64,000 nt of DNA, taken from NCBI RefSeq assembly GCF_009914755.1, contig NC_060929.1; one strand, written 5' to 3'. This stretch comes from the human T2T-CHM13v2.0 reference genome, Homo sapiens. The translations under genes were made by a program, and so were the position numbers. Every line of letters begins with the position of its first letter. Within the stretch, counting starts at the first letter, position 1. Shown here piece after piece: positions 1 to 16,779 of this stretch. The notes beneath the pieces were generated by a model. It searched no databases and was not told the origin of the DNA. It was given only the letters and a program-made list of their open reading frames with translations.

Positions 1-59
1 TGTTGCCATTTAGACTTCATCTGATAAGTACCTTCCCAACGCCTGTGATTGATCACTAA

Positions 60-540
60 TTTTTATGAATTTTTTTCTATATGCCACCCAGTTGATCCGG
101 TATCATTTTTGAAGAGACTCTCTTTTCTCCACTGAATTGAAGTGACATGTGGATCTGCTTTTAAGTCCTTTCTTTTCTTTGATCCATATATCTATTCCTT
201 CATCCATATGCCTTAATTGCTGACAATTTATAGTAAAACATGGCATCTGTTAGTGCAGCTCCTCAATTTTGTTCTTACTCTTTCAGATATTTTTGTATTC
301 TCGATTCCTTATATTTTCATATAAAATTTAAAATCATCCTATCAATTACACCAAGGAAAAAAGCTCCTGGGATTTTTTATTGGGATCATATTTTATTTTT
401 AGGTTATTTAAGGGTAAAAGACATCTTCACAAAATAAGTATCCTAATCTGTGATCATGACAGAATTCTCCATTTATTTTGGCCCTCTGGAATTTCTGTCA
501 GCAATGTTTGGTAATTTTAGTATATAGGTCATTGACACTT
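60..540 (-). mobile_element. Old L1M LINE-1 ORF2 fragment
   Basis: Degenerate antisense L1 motifs (ccagttg..tcatttttgaagagact; catataaaatttaaaatc; gggattttttattggga). Confidence 0.6.
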
Positions 541-908
541 TCATTCCAAATACTCCTTAAGTTAAACTTTGAAATATACATTTTATATTTCTCTTTCCTA
601 AATAAAATTTACATGTGACTCATTGCACTTGGTAAATATGTTACAGTACTAATGGTGATATACAAATTCAGTTTCTAAAAGCATTACAAGTTGTATTTGT
701 TGCTATAAATTGAGATTTGAGGCTGTATCTGCATGTAAGACCAATTAATCATGTCAAATTATTATTAAAAATCAGTGAACATATGACTTGAAACAAAGAC
801 CCAGAAGGGGCAATGACTTTCTTTCAAAGATCTTTTGTATAGTCTCAGGTAGGAAACTATTAGTAACAGACAGATGTTGAGCTAGTCCTATTTAGATATG
901 AAATGAGC

Positions 909-942
909 GCACACACACACTCACACACAAACACACACACAC
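909..942. repeat. Interrupted (CA)n microsatellite
   Basis: acacacacactcacacacaaacacacacacac read directly. Confidence 0.9.
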
Positions 943-1282
943 AGCAATTCTCAAAAATCATCTCCAGCAAAGTTGAAATAGAATTAATTTTTGCCAAACC
1001 AACCCTAAGAGTAAATATCTCTCAACAAGTTGCAATGCATGCGTATACGACACCTGAAACAAGGCTGAGGTAAGAGCTACTAGACTTGAGGTGAACAAAA
1101 ATAAGGAGACCTTGCCAGAGAAACAGGGAAAAATTCTTTTTGCACACCAAAGGAAAGCAACCTAATCATATAATTTTTGTCACATTGTATTTGGATTATG
1201 GAAAAGTGGATAACTAGATTCAATTCAAATAAAAGACCAAGAATGAAATTCTTTGAGTTGCCTAATAGTAATAATAAGAATA

Positions 1283-1628
1283 CAGTTGGCCCTCTGTATC
1301 CACAGGTCCCACATCTGTGGATTCACCCAACTGCAAATCAAAAGTATTTGAAAAATCCTTGAACTTAGGGGCAAAGGAAAAAAAAGTATTGAAAAAAATA
1401 AAGAAACAAAAACACAACAATAAAAAATAATATTTTAAAAACCAATACAGTATAACAACTATTTATATAGCATTTATATTTTTAGGTACTGTTAGTAATC
1501 TAGAAATAATTAAAATATATGGAGGGATTTGTACAGGTATATGCAAATACTATGCCATTTTTTTCAAGGGACTTGAGCATTGATAGATTTTGGTATCCTT
1601 AGGGGTCCATCCACACCAAGGGACAACG
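1283..1628. mobile_element. MER2 (Tigger-family non-autonomous DNA transposon)
   Basis: Starts TA|cagttggccctctgtatccac, internal tacagtataacaactattt and gcaaatactatgccattt, ends agggacaacgg|TA. Confidence 0.85.
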
Positions 1629-1644
1629 GTAATTTTATTATTTT

Positions 1645-1782
1645 TCCAGGCAGTATTCTAAATATTTGACATACATTAGCTCATTTAATCTTCACAGTAT
1701 CTGCATGAGGCATGTGTTATTATCATCACAGTGCTCGAGATATGATTGAAACCAGAAAGTTGACTTCAGAGACCATGCTCTG
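1645..1782 (-). mobile_element. MIR SINE fragment
   Basis: ctcatttaatcttcaca..atgagg..ttattatc and tgacttcagagaccatgctc resemble antisense MIR. Confidence 0.65.
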
Positions 1783-1885
1783 AAAAGGGGAGAGTACCTC
1801 AAATGTAAGGTGAGAAGCCGCAAAGTTTAAAGATTAACTGAATTATGCAAAATTAAACAAAGAGAAACAATGCATACATAGCCCA

Positions 1886-2193
1886 TTCTTTCCTTTTCTT
1901 TCTTTTTCTTTTCCTTTTTTTTGAGACAGGGTCTCCCTCTGTCACCCAGGCTGGAGTGCAGAGATGCGAACATGGCTCACTGTAGCCTCAACCTCCTGGG
2001 CTCAAGTGATCCTCCTGCCTCAGCCTCCTGAGAAACTAGGACCACAGGCACATGCCACCACACCTGGTTAACTTTTAAATTTTTTTGTAGAGATGAGGTC
2101 TCACCATCTTGTCCAGGATGGTCTTGAACTTCTGGACCTCTGCCTTAGCCTCTCAAAGTGCTGGGATTACAGGCATGAGCCACCACACTCAAC
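1886..2193 (-). mobile_element. AluJ
   Basis: T-rich tail then gagacagggtctc...gcctcaacctcctgggctcaagtgatcctcc (AluJ type); flanking near-direct repeat tacat(ag)cccattcttt. Confidence 0.92.
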
Positions 2194-3154
2194 CTACATC
2201 CCATTCTTTCTTACAACCAGACTTTTTTGGTATTGTCCTCTTACCCCTCAATTGTCCAAATCTTTGCACATATCTTATAATGTATATTTAAGTCAAACAT
2301 TCTCTACAAAACCTTACCTCACATTGATATTCACTGTTAACCTCCTCCCTCCAAAATGTTTGTGTGGCATTTAAGGCCATAGCCCTTAAATGAACCAGAA
2401 ACTTGCTTTCAGAATAATCTACTTAGTAACAAAGAAAAATCCCATTTGCATTTTTATTAAGAATGAACATTATCTTCAGGGATACTGTGGCAAAGTTTTA
2501 TGGCTAATGAAAGAAAGCAGCTTCAGACAAGAAGGAATTCCATTTAGATAGGAATGTTTTGCATTGCTCCTTTGATGGTTTCAAGAAGAGGAGACAAAAC
2601 TAAACAAAGTATAAATACCTTAAACTTCCTTTCTTCCTCGATAGTAAGCAGACATACTGTATGAAGTCTATCTAAAAATCTGACTTTAGAATTGCCTTGA
2701 TAAACAAAATTACTCAAGTCATATCTGTGCCTTTCCATTCATTAAGAGAAGGATAAGGTGGGCAAAATATTAAAAGATGGAACAAGTAAGAGATTTGACT
2801 ATTGGGTAAATGTTATTAAAGGAAAAATGAAGTCTGAATTTTTGTCCAGTGAACACCAAACATCAAGCATCTCTTGAAAAGCTACCCAAAGCACCATAAT
2901 ATCAAAGATAAGAGTGAATTGTATCATGAAAAGTAAAAATATGGCCCCACCTTTGTCATCACCTCTCCTTCTTGTTCCTCATCATCCCCACTACAATAAA
3001 AGGAACAATTTAAATATAAGTCTGAGACTGGACTTGGCTAGCTTTTCCTGTGTTTACACTAAGACTATAAACATGGTCCACAGTGAATCAGCCCTCACCA
3101 AGACTCTAGTAAAACCAGCATTGTATCAGCTCTGGTCAGGGTATGAAGTATTGG

Positions 3155-3503
3155 TTATTATGGGATGAATTGTGTTTCCCTAAATTAATATTTTGCTTTT
3201 GTAACTATCAGCCTCAAAATTTGACTTTATTTGGAGATAGATTCTTTAAAGAGGTAATTAAATTAATATGGAGTCATTAGGGTGGTCCCTAATCCAATAT
3301 GACCTATATTCTTACAAGAAGAGGACATCTGGTTGCAGACCCACAGAGATGGAAGAGCCCGGGAAGACAAGGTAGAAGATAGCCATCTACAAGCCAAGGA
3401 GGGAGACTTCAGAAGAAATCAACTCTGCCATCACCTTGATCTCAGACGTTTATCCTCTAGAACTGTGGTGTACTATGCTATGGCATCCCTAGCAAACTAA
3501 TAC
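3155..3503 (+). mobile_element. MLT1B-like MaLR solo LTR
   Basis: gaattgtgtttccc..tatttggagatag..ccctaatccaatatgac..gccatctacaagccaagga..ctagcaaactaataca. Confidence 0.85.
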
Positions 3504-4604
3504 ATAGGTGTTGGTATAAAGAGAGCCAGGAGAAGAAGGTTTTAAATAAAGAGGAGAAGTAGATTTTAAATAAAAAGTGGGTTCCAAAATTCAGAAGAAA
3601 AACATTGAACAAAATAATTCTAAGATTAGCAACATTCCAGTGGACCAAGGTTGTCAGGAAAAGCTGTCTGAAGGGCTTGAGTACAGGTTTATGACCTAGG
3701 CAGATGACCATGTGCTAAAGCACAGATAGTAATTTTTTTCCTAATGAAGATGAGGAAGCAGAAAAATAAATCAATATCTATCTCTCTTACTCTTAGCTCA
3801 CTGAATTAGCCCTTGTTGCCCAAGATTCCCAAAGTAGAGAGGAACGTAGAGTCCTGTTGTCTTATCTCTTCTCAGGAACTTTACTGGCAGTATTTGTGGC
3901 TTTTCCTTCTCTTCCGTATCCAGCCTATTGATTGTTTAATTTGACAAGTATTGACTGAGTGCCTGAGAAAGACTGGCTAGTGTTATTGATAGAGCAGGAG
4001 CAGACATGCACTCATGCTCATGGGCACACACTCACTCCTCGTGATTGTCAAGTTTTCAGGGAAAGTCAAGAACACTCACAAGAACATAAGGCATCTACTG
4101 AGGATTCCTGGAATCAAAGTCACCTCCTAGTTATGACCTTTAGTCACATTTCAGGAGTTATATTCCTGCTTGTCATTCATGGTTGAGCTTCCCATAACAA
4201 AGAAACGTATCCTTTTTTGAACAAGCTGCCATATTGTTCAATAATTTAACATTTCGTTTAAGACTGAATTGAGCTGAAATAAATACCTGCTGGATTTAAT
4301 GTGATTGGAATTCACTTAAATCACCTATCAACAAAATCTAAATTTAGCTTTTGTTTCAGTGTAATAGCTTTTACTAAGATTTCTCCACTAAAGCTGTGTT
4401 GGTTATTTTGTTTCACTTTTTTGTGTGTAAATAACAGTCATTTTGATTTGATGTTTTCTCTCAGTAACTGTTTATGTTACTGAGAGAAAGGGCATGCTTT
4501 TCCCCAAAGAATTTTCATATTACAGGGTTAAAATTAAATAGACTGGACTATCAGCTAATCAACCACTACTTAAGCTGTATAATAAGAAAATATATAATTA
4601 TTTA

Positions 4605-4715
4605 TTATTTCACCCAGCAAACACTTAATGAGAACCTACCATACACCAAGTATTGTGCTAGGCTCTAGGGATTCAACAGTTTACTAACAGACATATATTA
4701 GCATTCATGGAGTTT
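4605..4715 (-). mobile_element. L2 3' end fragment
   Basis: cagcaaacacttaatgagaacctaccatacaccaagtattgtgctaggctctaggga. Confidence 0.6.
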
Positions 4716-4804
4716 AAATATTGTTGAGAATCCAGAAAGAAGTAAAATATTCCAAAAAATGTGGAATATATGTTATAAAACAAAAGTATAAATTCATAAA
4801 GCCA

Positions 4805-5020
4805 AATATGATGTTTATTGTAAAACTAGTTGCACTATCAAAACAAATATGATGACAAATTAAATGACCATCAATTATGAAAGAGTTAAACAAATTTTGG
4901 AATATCCAAACTGTGGTATATTCTGCAGCCAATAAAAACATGATCTAAATGTCATGACTTGAAAAGATGTTCTGAGTATATTCATACATTAAATAATAAA
5001 GCAAGTTGAAATCACAATGA
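4805..5020 (+). mobile_element. Old L1ME-type 3' fragment
   Basis: atgtttattg..aaatgaccatca..aaacaaattttggaatatccaaac..tattctgcagccaataaaaa. Confidence 0.55.
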
Positions 5021-5334
5021 TCATGTAAGAGTTGCCTTGCCTCAGTCAGTCAAGCTATATATCATGAAAAATCCCGTGGAAATAGGAGGAAAATATATGA
5101 ATACGAATCCTTGGGAATCACTCATTATGTGACTAAGGTGAGGAAAAGCATTGAAATGAGCAGTCAGGTGACTGGAAAAACATCAGCTGTTTTACTTTAA
5201 AACAGCTGCCGTTCCAGTGATGCTTCGTAAAAGAGAGCTGGTTTCCTCTGGAACTGATCATGTTAGAGTAACACTAAGAGGTTTTCCTATGTATTCATAC
5301 TCTCAAAACTTTGAAGTGAGCATAAGCCCCCATG

Positions 5335-5705
5335 ATTTTATTTGAATTGAAGTAATATGTACATACAACAGGATGAATCTTAAATAAATATGTACACTCA
5401 TGTAACCAACACCCCAGTCAAGCTCAGAACATTTTCTTCACCTCAGACAATTCTTTCACAATCCCTTCTAGTCAAAATGAACTTCTAGAGGCAACCATTG
5501 TTCTACTCTATCACCATATGTTGGTTTTATTTGTTCATAAGCTTCACATAAATTGAATCCCCTGGTTTGTACTTTTTTTCTGTCTGCTTGTTTCCCTCAA
5601 CATAGAATTTTTGGCATTCTTCTATGTTGTGTGTATACATAGCTCACTTTCTTTATTGCTGAAGAACATTCTATTACATAATTATAGCAGAATTAATTTA
5701 CTCAT
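5335..5705 (-). mobile_element. Old L1MD/ME 3'UTR fragment, interrupted by a younger L1MA
   Basis: atatgtacactcatgtaaccaacacccc..agaacatt..ctagaggcaaccattgttct. Confidence 0.6.
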
Positions 5706-9628
<3,923 letters not shown>

Positions 9629-9639
9629 GATAAAATAGT

Positions 9640-10115
9640 TTATCTTGAAATACTATTAAAAGTGTTCTGGCATATTTCAAAACGGTTAGTTTCCACTTTT
9701 TCTGCTGCAAACACAAGGGAATTTTTCTCCAATATTCATTTTAAGAACCTAGTTGAGTTTCTGGAGGTAAAATTCACAAAAGTGAGGGTCACTTTTCAGT
9801 AAATGGCCCCTGAAATTTTTAATTCACAGATTTGTCCACACTGAGCTTCCAGCAACTCATCAACTACTATTTAGGCTTTTTTACTCAGGCATTTTTTTTC
9901 ATGGAGTTTTCTTCTTATAGATTTCTGTTCCAGTAAGTTGTGATTCTCTGTATTTGCCTGTCTACCCCTCCAATTTTGGGGGAAGTATTTTGTCTTGTGA
10001 CCTCACCTCTGTGAAAGATCAAAGAAGAGTTGTTCATTCTTCAGTTTGTATAGCTTTTTATTTTGTTATGGCAGAGTGACGACTTCCAAGCTCCTTACAT
10101 GCTGGACCTGAAACA
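9640..10115 (-). mobile_element. Old L1M 5'-region fragment (L1MD/M4-like)
   Basis: gtccacactgagcttccagcaa..ttgtgacctcacctctg..gacttccaagctccttacatgc resemble recalled L1M 5' ends. Confidence 0.5.
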
Positions 10116-10129
10116 AGAAACTTCCTCTC

Positions 10130-10353
10130 ACTGTATTTTGGAAGCATATAACTTCTCTAGTTTCATGAGCTCACAGCTGGAGATGAATGTTTTCTCAGGA
10201 TGAATCATACCTTGATACCTTAAATGACATATAGTACAGACTTTGAAGTTGGAGTTGATGCTGGAATAGGTTAAGGCTTTGGCAGGTGTTGGCATGGGGT
10301 ACATTATTTTGCATGTGGGAAAGAAATGAATTTGGGGGCACCAGAGGGCAGAA
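10130..10353 (+). mobile_element. MLT1-int 3' terminal segment ending in a purine-rich PPT region
   Basis: gagttgatgctggaataggttaag..ttgcatgtgggaaagaaatgaatttgggggcaccagagggcagaa immediately before the LTR. Confidence 0.75.
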
Positions 10354-10746
10354 TGGTATGGGCTGAATTGTGTTCTTCCAAAATACATATGTTGAAACTC
10401 TAACCCCCAATATGACTGTATTTGGTGATAGGGTTTTAAGGAGGTAATTAAGGTTAAATAAGATTATAAGAGTGAGGCCGTAATACAATAGGGCTGGTAT
10501 CCTTACAAGAATAGTAAGAGACACCAAGAGTGTCCATGCACAGAGGGAAGGCCATGTGAGGACACAGGGAAAAGGCAGCCATCTGCAAACCAGAAGGAGA
10601 AACCTCACCAGAAATCAACACTGTCAGCAGCTCGGTCTTGGACTTAATAGTTTCCAGAACTATCAGAAAATAAATTTCTGTTGTTTATGCCATCCAGTCT
10701 GTAGCATCCCTATAGTTTTGTATGGCATCCTTAGCAATCAAAGACA
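10354..10746 (+). mobile_element. MLT1A/MLT1A0 3' LTR
   Basis: tatgggctgaattgtg..tgttgaaactctaaccccc..aggccatgtgaggacaca..aataaatttctgttgttta..aagaca. Confidence 0.85.
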
Positions 10747-10759
10747 AGTCTCAACTGAA

Positions 10760-11225
10760 TGTTTAATGTATTCAGTGAGGTCTATTTTCCCAAGCATTGT
10801 ATGACCACTGGCATTTCTTTTCAGTTCTCTGCCTATTATTAGCCACTTCCTGCTAGACCTTATGTAGTCTTATGTGCATGCAAAACTCAGCTCTCATCAG
10901 ACCTCTAGAACTCCCCTCTTCAGAGTTTCCTGTTTTGAGGTACCTTGCTATTTCAGCTTGACTGAACTCCAACCTCTGCCATTTCAACTCAATGGGACAA
11001 CCACTCTGCAATTGGCTTCTACCTTCCTGAACTCTGGTTTGAAAACTGTGTTTAGGCAGAAAGCTAGAGAAAATATGGAGCTCACCTTGTATGTTGCTCT
11101 TGTCTCAAGGATCATAGCTCTGTACTGTCTGAAAACAGTTGTCACCCATATTTTGCCCAGTTTTAGGATTGCTTATGGTGGGAGGGTTATGCTCAATACC
11201 AGTTATTCTAGCATGTCTAGAAACA
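10760..11225 (-). mobile_element. Old L1ME 5'-region fragment
   Basis: tcaaggatca..tgtctgaaaacagttg..catattttgcccagttt..ggtgggagggt. Confidence 0.45.
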
Positions 11226-11639
11226 AAGATTTTTCATAAGAACTTTCCCACTTAAAGGTCATATCAAATAAGATATGAGATAGTTTGTGTTCTTGCTATT
11301 CCTAACACCTCATCATCATACCCGGAATTTGAGCAATAGGTCAGGATTACTTGGCAGCCCTCACACACCTGTACACAAAAAATCTCCCAAATATTACACA
11401 CATAAATCAGCATGGTACTACATGTAGAAACAGTAAAATTGTGAGTAATATAGTATCCTCCATATGTTTTCAATTTTAAGTAAATGTCACAGTCCTTTAA
11501 GGTAAAAACATAGTAATGAAGAAGCAATCAGAAATGAATTTAGTTCTCCAATCATAATTCAGCCATAATCCAGCATTATTAAAATCTTATTTTAAAACTT
11601 ATGCAGACAGTAGTAAGTATTTAATTTATGAAGGAAAGG

Positions 11640-11848
11640 CATAGTTAAGGTGTTGTATAACTTGTTGTCAGAAGACATGAGTTCAAATCCTCTTTCTTCT
11701 CTAACTTTGTGACCTTGGGAAAGTTACTTGACCTCACTGCATCATACTTGCTTTATTTCTGAAATGGGCTAATGAACCTAAAAGGGCTGCTTTGATGCTA
11801 AGTAACATAGGTAAAGAAGTTGGTGCAAGACAGGCACTCAATAAATAA
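11640..11848 (+). mobile_element. MIR
   Basis: gagttcaaatcc..tgtgaccttgggaaagttacttgacctc..ggcactcaataaat. Confidence 0.75.
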
Positions 11849-12337
11849 ACCTTAAATCTTATAATGATAAGATAAAACTGTACTTTTTGAATATTTTCAA
11901 GATTTTAAATTGAAAAAAAAAAAGCTAACCAGCATCTGTTTACAGTGAATTCCAATGAAGCAATTAAGTTAACTAAGAAAAGTGAAACTGATGACTCATG
12001 TCAAAGATAGGTGATTCCTATTTTCCTCTCAAAAAGGAAGTTTAATAATGGTGAGGTAAGGAATACATTGAAATGCTTACAGAAGTCTCAACAAGTCTCT
12101 ATCAGCAGTTGAGATATGTGTTTAATTTTCTCATGTGGTAGCTGTGGAGAAAGGCACGAGAACCCTAGTACTCCTACTGTTTGGCTTGAGACACGGCACT
12201 GTGTCATAACCAGTTTGTTCCTTAGGAGTTATCAGATCCAGTCCTTCACAGTGCCTCTAGGTTTGTGGCTTCAATACTACGTTCTGAAAGATCCTTGAGC
12301 TCTGGGTCATATTAGGGTTCTACACATGACTGCAACT

Positions 12338-12432
12338 AAAAAAAGAGAGAAGGAAGGAAGAAGAGAGGAATGGAGAAGAAGAAGGAGACAGGGAAGAAGG
12401 GAGAGCAGAAGAAAAAGAAAGATAGGGAGAAT
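12338..12432. repeat. GA-rich low-complexity tract
   Basis: Purine-only-like run read directly. Confidence 0.7.
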
Positions 12433-12499
12433 TACTGTTCTTCCTGAATTCTGTGATGTTACCTGACATTAATAACAATTATCAAAATCATTCATCATC

Positions 12500-12690
12500 A
12501 TCATTGCTATAGTTAAGAACTTGCATACATTCTCAAAAAAAAACTTTATGAAGAAAGAATTATCCTTATTTTACACATAAGGATATTAAGATTCAGGTAG
12601 CCCAAGTTGCAGAATTGTTGCAGCGCTAGTACTAAGACACGCATATACCTGAGTTCATTATCTATTCCTTTCCGACATGATACATTGCCT
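12500..12690 (-). mobile_element. MIR fragment
   Basis: attatccttattttacacataaggatattaag..gcccaagttgcaga. Confidence 0.5.
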
Positions 12691-12694
12691 CTTT

Positions 12695-13130
12695 TCATAG
12701 CTTCGCTTCCATGGGAATCTGATTACATGACATAGATTAGCAAGAAAGACATTTATTAAGGAATGTTCTTGGCGTCATTACCTGTGTGGGGTGAAGAATG
12801 AAGCAGGATTGGGCAGCAGGGAGAAGTTAAGTATGGCACATTCACAACAATGCTTCAGCCAACCTCACAGGGAACTATGAAGCCAAAATGGCCCAAGAGA
12901 GTTGTTTGAATTATGATAAGGAAACCAAACCTCCATATTCATGTCATTGAATGTGGGCTAGTTTCAGAAGGGAATTTGAAATTGGACAAGGCAGCTCTCT
13001 TTAGCAGAAGCAATTCTCCAACAGGGCTGAAGGCTGAGTGTTGTCATTCAGCAACATTTCTAGAAGCTTGGAAGAAGTCCTTTAGTCCTGATAAGGGAAC
13101 TTGACAGAGCAAAGCAGTACTGCACGATAT
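12695..13130 (-). mobile_element. LTR33-like ERVL LTR
   Basis: tttattaaggaatgttctt..acctgtg..gaagcaggattgggcag..gggagaagtt..tcagccaacctcacagggaact..aatggcc..gagttgt. Confidence 0.6.
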
Positions 13131-13747
13131 CTCTTCAAGATACAACACTAATCACTGACAAATACTGAGTCATCAGAAAGAAAACTGGCCCAGAAAAAAA
13201 AAATTTATTAAGAGAAATAAATATGTGAAATCTAAGAGAAATAAATTTAATTTCATTTCATCATCTCTATATGAGGAAATAAAACATCAGACAACATAAG
13301 CATAGGGAAGGCATCAGCTCATGTATAATCAGTCAAGAAAAGAAACATCCCTAGTAGAGGAAGCTCATTAAAAAAAAATTATACCTAGACATTTTTTCAA
13401 GTACTACAATAAAAAAGAAGTACAACTAACACTTATGTACTCATCACCCAACCTTGGTAACTCTAAATATTTCATTATGTTTCAGATTTAAACCAAACAC
13501 TCAAACAATATAAACAGTTGAATCAACTTGTATGTCCTTCCAAAATTTCATCTTACTCTTTGCTTTAGCCCAGTTTATCTATAAAACAAAGGCCACAGTG
13601 AAGCCTCTGTGCTGAGGCTTTTGAGGGGGGCTGTATTTCCAGGCAGCAAGAATAAGGAAAAAAGGGTTTTGGTGCTGGAATAGAGGAAAAGCAAATGTAA
13701 AATATTTTCATATTATTCTCTATTTTAAAATCTGTAGTTATGTTCCT

Positions 13748-14157
<410 letters not shown>

Positions 14158-15208
14158 TAGTCCACAGAATGGAAAATCTGTTCATTTTCTTATATCTCAT
14201 TATCTCTTTGTCTCTCTTTTTTGTCTTTAAATTCTCACACTTTGTCTTTAAATTATCTCTGTGGTGGTATATGTGTGTCTAGTTTATTTTTTCTCCCATG
14301 AAATCCTTCTAGTACATATTACTTAATTATTTCCCCCAAAATGGAGACAGCTAGGTTTCTTTTAATTCCTCCCCCTGCCATTGCGTATAGATGCCCCAGA
14401 ACAGTAAGACTAATGTGATGATTAAAATAAATAATATACATAAAATGCTTTGAGAGTTACCTTACACCTCACGGAAAGCTAAGTAAGTGGTAATTATTAA
14501 TATTATTTTTTAATGCAAAAGACATTTTTCCTATAATTTCCAAGCTCATATGACCAAATGTGCCTTCCAAATCCACTTGGAACAAAGGCATCAGAGCCAC
14601 ATGTCACTCCCTGCAAGTGGAGAACACAACAGCCTCTCTGCCATCTTCCTCCATCTTTTTCCACTCTGCTAATGCTCTTATCACACAAGTTTGACTCCAG
14701 AAGAGAAAGAATTAGAGTCTCTTCAAACAGGGTGCTACCAATCATCTCCTGGCACTCATATTGTTGGCATCCAGGCAGCTGCTAAACTGGCCACATATCT
14801 AACCAAAAGAAGCCAGGGAACCCGTGAAAAACAATCTGAGGGAAATGAACAGGTTTTACTTAGAGGAAAGTCAATTTAATATAACCAATGAAAGAACAAC
14901 TCCTGATAGGTTACTACTTGCTTCAAAAAATCCTTTAGAAACCCAGCTTCCTACAAATATTTGCCACAAAATATGGGCTAGTGAAGAAGTAGTGGACAAA
15001 AAATGGGGTATGCTGAGTTCTCTCTAGGGACTGGAACCCTCTGGCGCTATGATCCCACTTTCCCTCTCTTGGCTTATGGTACAGTTTCTTCATCTGGAGC
15101 ATGAGATCTTTGCTGAGATTTTCCTTACATCTTCTTTATAGTCTTGGCTTTTTTTTAAAAAAAAGAATAAATGTTTACTGATCTATACCTTTGCAAAAAT
15201 TTTCTCCC

Positions 15209-16204
15209 ATTAAACTAAAGAGCTTCTGCACAGCAAAAGAAACTATCACCAGAGTGAACAGGCAATCTACAGAATGGGAGAAAATTTTTGCAATCTATCC
15301 ATCTGAAAAAGGGCTAATACCCAGAATCTATGAAGAACTTAAACAAATTTACAAGAAAAAAAACAAACAATCCCATCAAAAAGTGGGTGAAGGATATGAA
15401 CAGACACTTCCCAAAAGAAGAAATTTATGTGGCCAAGAAACATGAAAAAAGGCTCATCATCACTGGTCATTAGAGAAATGCAAATCAAAACCACAATGAG
15501 ATACCATCTCACACCAGTTAGAATGGTGATCATTAAAAAGTCAGGGAACAACAGATGCTGGAGAGGATGTGGAGAAATACGAACCCTTTTACATTGTTGG
15601 TGGGAATGTAAATTAGTTCAACCATTGTGGAAGACAGTGTGGTGATTCCTCAAGGATCTAGAACCGGAAATACCATTCGACCCAGCAATATCATTGCTGG
15701 GTATATACCCAAAGGATTATAAATCATTATACTATAAAGACCACAGGCACACATATGTTTATTGCGGTACTGTTCACAATAGCGAAGACTTGGAACCAAT
15801 CCAAATGCCCATCAATGATAGACTAGATAAAGAAAATGTGGCACATATACACCATGGAATACTATGCAGCCATAAAAAGGATGAGTTCATGCCCTTTGCA
15901 GGGACATGGATGAAGCTGGAAACCATCATTCTCAGTAAACTAACACAAGAATGGAAAACTGAACACCACATGTTCTCACTCATAAGTAGGAGTTGAACAA
16001 TGAGAACACATGGACACAGGGAGGGGAACATCACACACCGGGGCCTGTAGGGGATAGGGGAGGGTTAGCATTAGGAGAAATACCTAATGTAGATGACAAG
16101 TTGGTGGGTGCAGCAAACCACCATGACACATGTATACCTATGTAACAAACCTGCACATTATGCACATGTACCCCAGAACTTAAAGTATAATTAAAAAAAT
16201 AATA
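15209..16204 (+). mobile_element. L1PA (PA7/8-like) 5'-truncated 3' end
   Basis: ORF2 C-terminal peptides ([28 protein letters not shown]) and 3'UTR ending cttaaagtataattaaaaaaat. Confidence 0.95.
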
Positions 16205-16344
16205 TCCCTGTTTCTATTGTTAGCTAATTTTTTAAATTAAATTGAGAATAGAAGGATGGTAGCATATATGGGTGTAGAAAAATTGCTGTCAGCTAACATA
16301 TAGTAAAGAACCAGTTGATTGAAAAACATTTATACTGAAGAATT

Positions 16345-16510
16345 TAAATCTTAGAAGGTGGTGCTGGTAAAAATAATTTAGATCATCTAGTTCAACCACT
16401 TCATCTTACAGGTGAAGAAAATACGTGTCACGAAGCAGTGAAGAGATTTGCCCAATGATGACTAGCTAGTTAAATAAGGAATCAGGACAAAAGCCCAGGA
16501 TATCTGAATG
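16345..16510 (-). mobile_element. MIR (MIR3/MIRc-like)
   Basis: atcatctagttcaacc..catcttacaggtgaagaaa..gatttgcccaa..gctagtt. Confidence 0.65.
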
Positions 16511-16779
16511 CATAGTTATTGTGGTTCCTTTATTATCTCTGGGAAAGACAATATCATCATAAAGATGAATCAGGCATCTACTCTGTAGAATAATCTACAG
16601 AGCAAAATAATTGGACCAAAAAAGTAAGGGAGAATAAAGCAGATTGTAAAAAATGGCACAATTATGGTATACAGTTGCTGTGGAAGCACAATAGTGAGAG
16701 AGATTTATTGTCTTTGTCAAAGGCCTAGAATATCATGTCCCTGAATAAACCCAGAGGAATTATACAGAGGATTCAACTG

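Noticed and set aside
2544-2738. Minus-strand 64-aa ORF with possible AG/GT boundaries
   Set aside because: No recognisable protein similarity and no partner exons.
11264-11527. Minus-strand ORF with acceptor-like ttttgtgtacag
   Set aside because: Short, unrecognised peptide and no supporting gene structure.
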